Positions 38,173-47,699 of a stretch of DNA of 64,000 nt are shown one piece after another. The position numbers and the translations under genes are program-made. The DNA comes from Candidatus Heimdallarchaeota archaeon (GTDB lineage: Archaea; Asgardarchaeota; Heimdallarchaeia; Heimdallarchaeales; Heimdallarchaeaceae): contig JAAFKI010000051.1 in NCBI GenBank assembly GCA_021399345.1, forward strand, positions 16,036-80,035. The letters run 5' to 3'. Positions within the stretch are counted from its first letter, which is position 1, and each line of letters starts with the position of its first letter. Below the pieces are notes generated by a model. That model worked only from the letters and a program-made list of their open reading frames with translations, searched no databases and was not told where the DNA came from.

Positions 38173-39213
38173 ATGAAATTAATGTCACAGTCTCCACTGC
38201 ACGAAGCTGAATATTACGATGTACTTGATGAAGAAAATAAAGTAATCCTATGTCGCTTATGCCCCATAGAATGTACTTTGCTAGTTGGAGAGATTGGTAA
38301 ATGTTCTTCGCGTATAAATCTTGAAGGGAAAATGTATTCTCTAACTTATGGATATACAGATATGAAGATAGATATGATTGAAAAACAACATGTTTTTCAT
38401 TTTCATCCAAATTCAAGAGCACAAACATTTTCTACTTACAATTGTAATCTTGATTGTGATTATTGTGTAATGCCTGATAAGATTGGGGTTGATCCAGCTC
38501 AAACTAGTGCAAAAAAACTAGCTCCTGATCAAGCTGCAATGTTTGGGATGGCATCAGGTTCTAAAGTTATGGCTTTTGGTGAAGCTGAACCACTAATATC
38601 TTTTGAATGGGTTCGTGATACAGCGATTCTTGCTCAGCAGAGAAATCTGAAAGTGTTATTGAGAACCAATGCATATTTCAATGAAGAACCTGTTAAGGAG
38701 ATTCTTGAGTATGTTGATGCGGTTATTATTGACATAAAGTCAGTTACTGATACCGGGTATCAACAAAAGTGTCATGCAGGTACTTTCAAAGAAATTAAGA
38801 AGATTATCAAGTTGATTTATGAAGAGGAAAAACTTCTCGAACTAAATTTCGTTATCCATGGAGCACTTGAGAATACTGAAGGACAAACTAGAGAACTAGC
38901 CGAATGGATAAAAGAAGAACTTTCAGTATCTGTTCCGCTACACTTAGATAGATTGCTCCCTGCTCATAGACTTAAAGAAGTACAACCTACAACTACAGAA
39001 TTATTAGAGAAATGTTATCAAATAGCTAAGGACGTAGGCTTAGAGTTTGTTTATTTAAACAATGTACCTGATCATGAAGCATCACATACTTATTGTCCAA
39101 AATGTGGAGAATTGCTTATTTATAGAGGAGCTTCAGCAACAGAAGTAAGGAGAATCTCTTTACAAGGAAATTGTAATAAATGTGAAACTAAGCTCAATAT
39201 AGTTTTCAAATAA
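38173..39213 (+). CDS. Divergent AmmeMemoRadiSam-type radical SAM paralogue
   Basis: CRLCPIEC, IEKQHVFHFHP, CNLDCDYC, TYCPKCG. Confidence 0.85.
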   Translation: MKLMSQSPLHEAEYYDVLDEENKVILCRLCPIECTLLVGEIGKCSSRINLEGKMYSLTYGYTDMKIDMIEKQHVFHFHPNSRAQTFSTYNCNLDCDYCVMPDKIGVDPAQTSAKKLAPDQAAMFGMASGSKVMAFGEAEPLISFEWVRDTAILAQQRNLKVLLRTNAYFNEEPVKEILEYVDAVIIDIKSVTDTGYQQKCHAGTFKEIKKIIKLIYEEEKLLELNFVIHGALENTEGQTRELAEWIKEELSVSVPLHLDRLLPAHRLKEVQPTTTELLEKCYQIAKDVGLEFVYLNNVPDHEASHTYCPKCGELLIYRGASATEVRRISLQGNCNKCETKLNIVFK

Positions 39214-39226
39214 AAGATTGAATTTT

Positions 39227-39547
39227 TTAAGCAATTGATTCAATAGTAAAATCTACAATCATTATGTTTAATTGTCCTTCCAGTTCCTCTTTTACCAAAT
39301 CAATGAATCTGTGAATATCCTCAGTTCCATCCCTGTAAGAAGCTCTGAAAAGAAATTGAATTTCTATCCAATCTTCGTAAAAAAAGGTTGTTTCTAATCG
39401 AGGTTGTCTTTTAGGTTCTTTTTCTGCAATTTCTTTTTGTACCATGTTTAGATGAAGATCGAATTCTCCTAAGTCTTCATACTGACCTTCATCATTTGGT
39501 TGTGCAGTAATCCCACAATAATAATGGTAAAAACCTGAAGTTGTCAT
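39227..39547 (-). CDS. Hypothetical acidic protein
   Basis: 106-aa ORF directly downstream of lonB. Confidence 0.6.
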   Translation of the reverse strand: MTTSGFYHYYCGITAQPNDEGQYEDLGEFDLHLNMVQKEIAEKEPKRQPRLETTFFYEDWIEIQFLFRASYRDGTEDIHRFIDLVKEELEGQLNIMIVDFTIESIA

Positions 39548-39553
39548 TTCGGC

Positions 39554-41497
39554 TCATTTCTTCTTATCAGTGTTAAGTGCTGAATGTTCTAAAGCTAAGT
39601 CTTCATACTTCTTAGCAATATAGCTATATTCCTTTGGAAGAGCATTTCGAAGTACTTCGTGAAAGTTTGTTACTGGGATGATTTCCACCATTCCTTTATA
39701 CCTTTCTTCTAACTTAACATCATCTATATTTTGAATTGGTACAATGACTCGCTTTATTCCAGCTTCAGTTGCAGCTTCAATTTTTGCAGTAACTCCACCA
39801 ACTGGAATAACTATTCCTCTAACTGTTAAACTACCAGTCATAGCAGTATCCTGCCTAATTGGTGCTTTCTCTAGAGCTGATATGATAGAAACAGCTATTG
39901 AAATAGAAGCTGAATCTCCTTCGACACCAGAATAAGAACCAACAAATTGAATGTGGTAATCAAAGTCTGAAATATCTTTACCGACATACTTCTTTACAAT
40001 TGCTGAAACATTCTGTACAGCTTCTCTAGCAATAATTCGTAATTGACCTGTCGCAATGATTTTTCCTTCTCTTCTACTGAAAGCTGGAACAACTTCTGCT
40101 TCGATAGGCATAACAATACCTGATCTTTGATTGATGACAGCAAGGCCATTTACTCTTCCAACTTTGGCATCATCAGTTTCAAAGATTTTGTAGAGTTTTC
40201 TTGAATCGGCATAAGAATCACTCATTTGATTTTCCAAAGTTCTTGCAATAACCTTGGCATTTCTAAGTGTCTCAGCAGATACTAAATCCTCTCCATTTTC
40301 TTTGGCTAAGTCGCCTGCAGCTCTAATTAACCCTCCTAATTCTCGTAATCGTAAAGTAAGATGGTCTTTCTTGTCAGCTCTTCGTTGAGCTTCATAAATT
40401 ATTTCTTCAACTGCTTCATGTTTGAAGTGAGGAATCCTTCGATCTTTTACAATCTCTTGCGCACAAAAACGAGCTAGCTTTCGTCTGTTCTCAGGAGTAT
40501 CTTTCATAGTGTCAGTCATATAAACCTCATAGCCAGATCCTTGAATCCTTGATCTCAATGCAGGATGCATGTTACGAGTAGTTTCAATATTACCAGCTGC
40601 AATTAAAACAAATTCACAGGGAACTGGGTCGCTTCTAACCATTGCCCCACTACTAAGCTCTGATTGACCAGTGATTTGTAGTTTACCCTCTTGCATGGCA
40701 GTAAGTAGTTTTTGCTGAGTTCTCATTTCAAGAGTCCCTATCTCATCACTGTAGAGAACACCAAGGTGAGATTTGTGAATTAAACCACTTTCTACACGTT
40801 CGTGAGGTGGAGTTCCTAATCCTCCAGATTGGAAAGGATCGTGTCTAACATCACCAAGGAGAGCCCCAGCATGTGATCCAGTAGCATCATTAAAGGGTGC
40901 TTTTTCCTTCTTACTATTATCTACTAATAGTTTTGGTACAAGCATTTCGCTTTTAGATCTGGATTGATTAAGCATAAAGAAAATGAAAAAACCTACAAAC
41001 ATAGCCATCAAAAGAGTCTGTGGTTGACTAGCTGGATTACCAGCAGTAGCTATCAATGCATAACCAATTATAGCAAGTAAGATTGCGATAGAAATAATAA
41101 ACCGCTTATTTCCACTTTTTCTAGCCAGCTCTGCATCCATCTCAACTTTTCTAGCACCATGACCTGCGGGAAGGTTTGCTACGCGTGGTTGGTTTGGATA
41201 TTTAGGGTTGGCTATACATAAAACATCAACAAGCTCCTCTTTAGGAAGAAGTTCAGCCATTGCTTGACCAAGCATGCTTTTACCTGTACCTGGTTCTCCA
41301 ATCAAAAGAACATGTCTTCTCTGTAAGGCAGCTTTTTTGATAATTTCAGTAGCATTTTCCTGACCAATTACTTGATCAATTAAACGAGGAGGTACAGAAA
41401 TTTCACTTGTATCATTGAATTCAATGTCCAATAGTACTTTTTTTCTTGCCTTAGGCTTTACCTTTTTCTTGGCTTTAGATTGAGTTCCAGACGCCAT
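39554..41497 (-). CDS. lonB: Archaeal membrane-anchored Lon protease
   Basis: GEPGTGKS, two TM segments, GALLGDVRHDPFQSGG, VEGDSAS, PVGGVTAK; ATG 41497 preferred. Confidence 0.96.
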   Translation of the reverse strand: MASGTQSKAKKKVKPKARKKVLLDIEFNDTSEISVPPRLIDQVIGQENATEIIKKAALQRRHVLLIGEPGTGKSMLGQAMAELLPKEELVDVLCIANPKYPNQPRVANLPAGHGARKVEMDAELARKSGNKRFIISIAILLAIIGYALIATAGNPASQPQTLLMAMFVGFFIFFMLNQSRSKSEMLVPKLLVDNSKKEKAPFNDATGSHAGALLGDVRHDPFQSGGLGTPPHERVESGLIHKSHLGVLYSDEIGTLEMRTQQKLLTAMQEGKLQITGQSELSSGAMVRSDPVPCEFVLIAAGNIETTRNMHPALRSRIQGSGYEVYMTDTMKDTPENRRKLARFCAQEIVKDRRIPHFKHEAVEEIIYEAQRRADKKDHLTLRLRELGGLIRAAGDLAKENGEDLVSAETLRNAKVIARTLENQMSDSYADSRKLYKIFETDDAKVGRVNGLAVINQRSGIVMPIEAEVVPAFSRREGKIIATGQLRIIAREAVQNVSAIVKKYVGKDISDFDYHIQFVGSYSGVEGDSASISIAVSIISALEKAPIRQDTAMTGSLTVRGIVIPVGGVTAKIEAATEAGIKRVIVPIQNIDDVKLEERYKGMVEIIPVTNFHEVLRNALPKEYSYIAKKYEDLALEHSALNTDKKK

Positions 41498-41659
41498 AAA
41501 TATCACAAATATAGATAACCGTATTTTCAATTGATAAGGTTTACTGACGTTAATAAAGATATGTTTTAAGTCAAAATTTCTGTGAGTTATGAACAAATTC
41601 TATCTTTAATTTAAATGAAAAGGCTTTAATTTCCAATCGATTATAATTGCAAGAGTAAT

Positions 41660-42550
41660 ATGAAAATACTTGCAGGTCCCAACTCAGAACAACTTGCTCA
41701 GAAAATAGCTGAACAATTGAATCTTACAATGTTAAGTTTATCTTACAAATACTTTACAGATGGTGAAACCTATTTTAAGATTGAGGGAAATTTAGAGAAG
41801 GAAGACGTAATTATTGTTCAAACAACCTACCCAGATCAAGAAAAAAGGTTACTTGAACTAATTTTTCTAACTAATACATTAAAAGAACTAGGTGCAGATA
41901 AAGTAATTGCAGTAGTTCCATATCTATGTTATGCTAGAGCTGACAGAAGAAGACTAGATGGTGAAGTTGTATCCCATACTATTACTATGGATTTACTTCA
42001 GCAAGCAGGACTAGATTCACTTATTACAATTAACGTTCACAATCAAGAAGTATTTCATAAAACAACAGAAACTTTGGAAAAGTATAATCTTAGTGCTCTT
42101 CCAGCAATTTCTGATTTCTTAAAGGATAAAGTAAACGAAGAATGGATTATAGTTGGACCTGATAAAGGTAGTCAAGAAGAAATTAAAACATTAGCCAAGG
42201 AACTTTCTTTACTGAGTTTCATATTAGAGAAATATAGAGACCCACAAAGTCATGAAGTACGATTCAAAGAAGCAGATTTTGTTTGCGAATCAAAAACAAT
42301 CATTCTTTTTGATGATGTAATCACTTCTGGAGGTACAGCTATCAAAGCAAGTAAGATTCTTCTTGATAAAGGACCTTCTAGTCTTAAATTTATAGTTGTT
42401 CATGGTCTCTCTGATTCTGAGGTTTTCAAAAAGATGTATAATATAGGTGTCGATTCTATTCTGTCAACAAACACTGTGCCAAGAGAAGATATAGAACAAA
42501 TTGATATCAGTTCTCTGATTAGTAACTTTATTGGAGAAAAATTTCTATGA
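41660..42550 (+). CDS. prs: Ribose-phosphate pyrophosphokinase
   Basis: FTDGE, PYLCYARADRR, GPDKG, DDVITSGGT. Confidence 0.93.
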   Translation: MKILAGPNSEQLAQKIAEQLNLTMLSLSYKYFTDGETYFKIEGNLEKEDVIIVQTTYPDQEKRLLELIFLTNTLKELGADKVIAVVPYLCYARADRRRLDGEVVSHTITMDLLQQAGLDSLITINVHNQEVFHKTTETLEKYNLSALPAISDFLKDKVNEEWIIVGPDKGSQEEIKTLAKELSLLSFILEKYRDPQSHEVRFKEADFVCESKTIILFDDVITSGGTAIKASKILLDKGPSSLKFIVVHGLSDSEVFKKMYNIGVDSILSTNTVPREDIEQIDISSLISNFIGEKFL

Positions 42551-43575
42551 AAAAATACCTAGCACATATCTGTGGTCATTTTCAACCATTGGGGTATGAA
42601 GAGCTTTATGCAGTATTAGAAGCAGAAAATGTGAAGTATCATGTAGTAGAAGTAAACTCTCAAATCGTTATTTTCGAAACAGATGATAATCCTATATACG
42701 CTGTGAGTAGATGTGCTTTTGTTCATTCACTTCTTGAGTTAACAGATACTGGAGAAATTGATGAACATAAAATAATCTTTCAACACACATATGAAATATC
42801 AGAACTGGGAACAGGTTCAACTTTTTGTTCAAGAGTAACTAGAATTGGTAAAAAGGAAGTTAAAATTAAATCAGTGGATTTAGAAAGAGATTTGGGAAAT
42901 CATATCTACAAGAAGTTTGAAGAAAATGAACTTGAGGTTGATTTGAGATCCCCAGATTATACTTTTCGAACAATTCTAATAAAAAATCGATTCTTCTTAG
43001 GTTTAGAAATATGGACAATTGATCGCAAAAAATACTCGATTAGGGAGCCTGGAAAGAGAGATTTTTTCAGACCAGGAGCAATGAGAACTGATTATGCCAG
43101 AGCCTTGGTGAATCTGTCTAGAATAAGAAGAGGTGAAATCTTTTTTGACCCTTTCTGTGGAGGAGGAGGTTTCCTTTTAGAAGCGTCATATTTGGGGGCT
43201 TATACAATAGGTACAGATTTAGATCCTTATGCAGTCAAAGGTTCAGTTAGAAATATGAAACAATTCAAGCGATCAAATTATGAAGTTCTTCAAGGGGATT
43301 CTCGCAACATACCTATAAAATTCTTTCATGCAGCTGCAACTGACCCTCCTTATTCATTGCAATCATCTACTCATGGAGAAAAAGTTTCAAAATTGACATA
43401 TGATTTTTTAACTGAGTCAAAAGAATATTTGATGAAAAACAGACATCTTGTCTATTGTACCCCTTCTACTCTCGAACCTGAAGCAATTGTCGAAAAAACT
43501 GATTATCAGATAGTAACACTAATAGATACATTCATTCATAAATCGTTAACTAGAAGAATCCTTGTCTTAAAGTGA
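42547..43575 (+). CDS. trm11: tRNA m2G10/m22G10 methyltransferase (THUMP + Rossmann MTase)
   Basis: FFRPGAM, ARALVNL, DPFCGGGGFL, TDPPY, HKSLTR. Confidence 0.88.
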   Translation: MKKYLAHICGHFQPLGYEELYAVLEAENVKYHVVEVNSQIVIFETDDNPIYAVSRCAFVHSLLELTDTGEIDEHKIIFQHTYEISELGTGSTFCSRVTRIGKKEVKIKSVDLERDLGNHIYKKFEENELEVDLRSPDYTFRTILIKNRFFLGLEIWTIDRKKYSIREPGKRDFFRPGAMRTDYARALVNLSRIRRGEIFFDPFCGGGGFLLEASYLGAYTIGTDLDPYAVKGSVRNMKQFKRSNYEVLQGDSRNIPIKFFHAAATDPPYSLQSSTHGEKVSKLTYDFLTESKEYLMKNRHLVYCTPSTLEPEAIVEKTDYQIVTLIDTFIHKSLTRRILVLK

Positions 43576-43579
43576 TTGA

Positions 43580-44500
43580 ATGTCAAATGAGATGTCCATA
43601 ATTTTCCTAGGAACCTCTTCGGCTCCTCCTCAATCAACCAGAAAACAGAGTGCATTAGTTGTAAAATACAAAAGTCATACTCTTCTCTTTGACGTAGGTG
43701 AAGCAACACAATACCAGATGATTGACCAAAAAATAAAGTTCACTAAATTAACAATAATTCTTACTCATCTCCATTCTGATCACACACTAGGACTTATGGG
43801 ATTACTTATAACAAGGAATTTTCGCAATATTAAAACTCCAATCACTATAATAGGACCAGCTTGGACATCAAACTTTGTTTCTCTTCTATTTTTAGCTTAT
43901 AGATTTAAGCCAGAATATGAAATTAAAATAATAGAGACTTCTGGTGGAAATATTTTAGAGAATAAGGATTTTAGTTTAGATTCATTTCCTATTACTCATT
44001 CAGATACTAGTTTTGGTTATAGATTAGTTACTAAGCCAAAAAGGCGCAAATTCAATGTTGAAAAAGCAACAGAAATGAATGTTCCACGAGGAGAAATGTG
44101 GAAAAAGCTTCAGAATGGTATTTCTGTAGAAATAGATGGAAAAACTATTTCTCCTTCCGATGTTCTAGACAAAGTAGAGAAAAATAACCTTAAAATTGTC
44201 ATTACAGGTGATACTCCTTTTGATGAGAAAGTAATTGAATTTGCAAAAAATGCTGATCTCTTGATTCATGATGCTACCTACCCCCCTTATGAAGAAGAAA
44301 GAGCGAAAAAACATCTTCATTCTACTTGTATTGATGCCGCTCAAGTTGCAAAAAAAGCAAAAGTAAAACGGCTAATAATGACTCATATATCTGAACTTCA
44401 CAAGAATTTGGAAGAATCCTTAAGAGATTCTAGGGAAATATTCTCAAATTGTGAGTTTGCAGAGGATGGATTAAGAATTGAATTAAAACCTAAAGACTAG
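43580..44500 (+). CDS. rnz: Ribonuclease Z
   Basis: FLGTSSAPP, THLHSDH, exosite arm, TGDT, HDAT, HST, THIS. Confidence 0.93.
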   Translation: MSNEMSIIFLGTSSAPPQSTRKQSALVVKYKSHTLLFDVGEATQYQMIDQKIKFTKLTIILTHLHSDHTLGLMGLLITRNFRNIKTPITIIGPAWTSNFVSLLFLAYRFKPEYEIKIIETSGGNILENKDFSLDSFPITHSDTSFGYRLVTKPKRRKFNVEKATEMNVPRGEMWKKLQNGISVEIDGKTISPSDVLDKVEKNNLKIVITGDTPFDEKVIEFAKNADLLIHDATYPPYEEERAKKHLHSTCIDAAQVAKKAKVKRLIMTHISELHKNLEESLRDSREIFSNCEFAEDGLRIELKPKD

Positions 44501-44939
44501 TGATTTCAGAAAATTTTCTGATTACCAACTCTTTCCCATCTTCTGTTTTTGGTACAAACCAGTCTAAGAATTTATCACAATCATCGGGTTGAATAATTAA
44601 TTCAACATCTCCTAATGGTGAAGAAGTACCTTCAGTAGTAAAAGCAATTTTATTAGCAAAAAGCGCTTGTTTGTGCAGAGGGATAATTAAAGAATTAGAG
44701 TAATAATCACGTCTTATACATTGCCTGACTGAATCTAATATGAAATTTTGCCTTATGTGATTGAATAATCTTTTCAAAACATCAATTGGAAGGTTTTCGG
44801 CAGTAAAATAAGTGATTTCCTCATCATCAATACGTTTGAGTTCAGGTTGAACACAAAGTAAATTCTCGATACACATCATAACTTTGCTTTCTTCTTCAGT
44901 AGAAAAAAGAGGTACTCGCAAACTCAATTTTATTTGCAT
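44490..44939 (-). CDS. UPF0201/DUF54 RNA-binding protein
   Basis: STEEESKV, IRQNFILDSVR, LHKQA, SPLG, DWFVPKTEDGK. Confidence 0.85.
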   Translation of the reverse strand: MQIKLSLRVPLFSTEEESKVMMCIENLLCVQPELKRIDDEEITYFTAENLPIDVLKRLFNHIRQNFILDSVRQCIRRDYYSNSLIIPLHKQALFANKIAFTTEGTSSPLGDVELIIQPDDCDKFLDWFVPKTEDGKELVIRKFSEITSL

Positions 44940-45517
44940 TATCTCACCCTTTTGTTCAATTCTTCAAGAAGACTTAATGAATGTTCTCTAAAAGATTCAA
45001 GAGCATTATTATTTGGAATCACATAATTTGAGAAAGCGATAGTCTCTCCTAATCCAAGTTTTAATTCATCTTCATCTCTCAACCGAAAATCTTTTTCAGT
45101 TTGGGGAGCATCTTTCCGCCCTCTCAATTTAAGTCGATCATATCTTAGTCTTGGATCTACATGTATCGCAACAATCAGAAAATCATTATTAAGATGATTC
45201 TTGAAATGTGTAACTTCAGCTTGACTTCTGATTCCATCAATGATAATCATGAGAATACCTTGTTGTTTCAATTTCTCTATTGTTTCACAAGTAAGATGGG
45301 CTACAGCTGTCTCACCAAAATCTTCTCTTAGCTTGATCATGTATTTTCTGCTCATCTCAGGGGTAGGTTCGAATCCTTCCTCAATGACTTTTGTTCTGAC
45401 TACATCACCCATTACAACAGTTTGATAACCCAGTTTTTCAGCGAATCTAGCGAATTCACTCTTACCAGAACCAGGCATTCCAGTAACTCCAATGATTGTT
45501 GCTTTGGGTTTAGTCAT
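44939..45517 (-). CDS. UPF0200 P-loop kinase (archaeal dephospho-CoA kinase-like)
   Basis: GMPGSGKS, MGDVVR, IDGIRS..E, RGRKD, RDEDELKLG. Confidence 0.88.
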   Translation of the reverse strand: MTKPKATIIGVTGMPGSGKSEFARFAEKLGYQTVVMGDVVRTKVIEEGFEPTPEMSRKYMIKLREDFGETAVAHLTCETIEKLKQQGILMIIIDGIRSQAEVTHFKNHLNNDFLIVAIHVDPRLRYDRLKLRGRKDAPQTEKDFRLRDEDELKLGLGETIAFSNYVIPNNNALESFREHSLSLLEELNKRVR

Positions 45518-45621
45518 TTAGTTCATTGTGAGAATAATTAAGGTAATTAAAAATGTTGTTAAAGCAAATTGATTGTAACCTCGTCAAAATTTATAAAATG
45601 ATAGAAAATTGTTATTTGAAA

Positions 45622-46188
45622 ATGGTACGTGCATTCATATCTATCAACTTTGAAGATGAAAATGTCTTGAAAGGAGTACAAGAAATTCAGGATCAAATCA
45701 AGAATTCAGGTGCAAATGTAAGACTAGTAAATCCTGAGATCTTGCATATTACCATGGAATTTCTAGGTGAGATATCGGAAGAACAAGTAACCATCTTATC
45801 AGAGATGCTTTCAGAAATAGAATTTGAAAGCCTGAAACTTCAAGTAAAAGGACCTGGTGTTTTACCAAATGAGAAACATATCAGGGTTGTTTATTGCGAA
45901 ATAAACGGAGAGATTGAAAAACTGAAGGAAATTCAAAAGGAAATCAGAAATAAATTAAGAACTAAGGGTTTCAAAGTTGATTCTAGACCTTTTAAACCTC
46001 ATTTAACAATAGGAAGAGTGAAATCGCCCAAAAATAAGGACGAATTGATTAAGGTTATAAATAACCTTTCAGAATATAGCTGCGGAGTTCAAGAAATTAG
46101 TTCAGTACAACTCAAAAAATCTATATTAAAAACAGAGGGACCAGAATATTCAGTACTCTATAAAGTAGAAGCATTAGATAAAAGGTGA
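45622..46188 (+). CDS. thpR: RNA 2',3'-cyclic phosphodiesterase (2H family)
   Basis: RAFI, HITMEFLG, PHLTIGRVK, GPEY. Confidence 0.92.
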   Translation: MVRAFISINFEDENVLKGVQEIQDQIKNSGANVRLVNPEILHITMEFLGEISEEQVTILSEMLSEIEFESLKLQVKGPGVLPNEKHIRVVYCEINGEIEKLKEIQKEIRNKLRTKGFKVDSRPFKPHLTIGRVKSPKNKDELIKVINNLSEYSCGVQEISSVQLKKSILKTEGPEYSVLYKVEALDKR

Positions 46189-46192
46189 TTTC

Positions 46193-47680
46193 ATGAGTAA
46201 AAAAGCCCCAAAGGATACTTCAAAAGTAATTGAAAAGAAAGTTTTGGAAGTAATTCAAGTCCAATGGGAACAACATGAGAGGGTAAGAGAGATTCTTTCA
46301 ATTCTCAGAGAAAAGATACAACAGGATTTAGGTTCTTTAGGGTATATTGGGAGAGTTGAAACTCAAGGTTCTTTTGTCAGAAAAACCTATCTAAGTGAAG
46401 ATGAGACATTCGATCTAATGCTAATCCTGCAAAGAGCTGATAAACCAAAGATGCACCAAATTCTAGATGCTTTGGAAAAAAGATTGAAAAAAGATAGAAT
46501 AAAAAAGGATCCAATAACAATCACAAAACATACAGGAAAAATCCCCTATCTTAGAATTGTTGCGGGTGATGAACTCATTAATCTCTTTGTAGGCTTTGAA
46601 GTAACACCAGGAGAAGAAACAAAATCCATTTTTGATTTAATCCCGATGCATTCTCAATACCTGATTACGCATATGAAAGAAGAAGATAGAAATGAAGTTC
46701 TTCTACTGAAGAAATTTCTGAAGACCATAGGTGTTTACAGAAATGAAGTAGGTGCAATTGGTTTCAATGGATATCTTTGTGAATTACTCATTTTGTTTTA
46801 TGGGACATTTGAGAAAACTATCGAAAACATTGGAAAATGGAGACCTAGAACGATTATTGATTTGAAGAAAAACTTTGAGAAGTCAGAAGATGTAGATCTT
46901 CTAACAAGTGAAATGTTATTGAAATATTATCCTTTATATGTACCAGATCCTCTAAATCCTAAGGATAATGTTGCAGCTGATGTATCTGTTGATCAATTTA
47001 CCTCATTGGTGGCTGCAGCTAATACATATAGGTTTGAACCAAAAATTAGTTTTTTTGAAGATTTACTCTGTGAGATTCCATCATATTCTGACCTTATGCG
47101 AAAAATCATCTTTTCAGGTAGACAACTTGTAATTCTAGCTACTAAGCGAAATTTTCAGGAAACTGAAATTTGTTGGCAAAAAGCAATTTCAATGAAGAAT
47201 GGCTTTCAGGTAGAATTATTTAACAATAACTATATTTTGGAAAGATCAAAAGCATTTGTCTCTGATGAGTATTATGGCTTATTTTTGTCATTGCTGGATT
47301 TAAACCCACAGATTTCAATTAGAAAAGAAGGACCTTTAATTACATCAGAGGAGTCTCTTAAATTCCTTCAGCAATATACTAAGCACGTTGATGTTGTAGC
47401 TGGACCATTTATAGATAATGAGCGCTGGGTAATTCACTTTACAAAGAAAGGTCAGAATGTATTCGAATTTCTTGAAAGTTTGGTGAAGAAAAATACTTTC
47501 ATGTTGAATGTTGATTCATTCCTTAAAATCGAAATTAAGGAAAAACTAAAGATTTTTGGGGCAGATGAAAAGCTTGGTGAAATCTATGAAACTGATATTT
47601 CTTTAGCAGAAGATCTTTTTCTATTCATAGAAAGGAAACCTTTGTGGATATGTAATTTAGAACAAGCTGATCAAATATGA
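46193..47680 (+). CDS. cca: Archaeal class I CCA-adding enzyme homologue with degenerate catalytic motifs
   Basis: GSF..TYL, PYL, LLKKFLK.IGVY, GFNGYLCELLI, DP.NP..NVAA; conserved position after thpR. Confidence 0.85.
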   Translation: MSKKAPKDTSKVIEKKVLEVIQVQWEQHERVREILSILREKIQQDLGSLGYIGRVETQGSFVRKTYLSEDETFDLMLILQRADKPKMHQILDALEKRLKKDRIKKDPITITKHTGKIPYLRIVAGDELINLFVGFEVTPGEETKSIFDLIPMHSQYLITHMKEEDRNEVLLLKKFLKTIGVYRNEVGAIGFNGYLCELLILFYGTFEKTIENIGKWRPRTIIDLKKNFEKSEDVDLLTSEMLLKYYPLYVPDPLNPKDNVAADVSVDQFTSLVAAANTYRFEPKISFFEDLLCEIPSYSDLMRKIIFSGRQLVILATKRNFQETEICWQKAISMKNGFQVELFNNNYILERSKAFVSDEYYGLFLSLLDLNPQISIRKEGPLITSEESLKFLQQYTKHVDVVAGPFIDNERWVIHFTKKGQNVFEFLESLVKKNTFMLNVDSFLKIEIKEKLKIFGADEKLGEIYETDISLAEDLFLFIERKPLWICNLEQADQI

Positions 47681-47699
47681 AAAAAGAAGAAAGGAAAGA

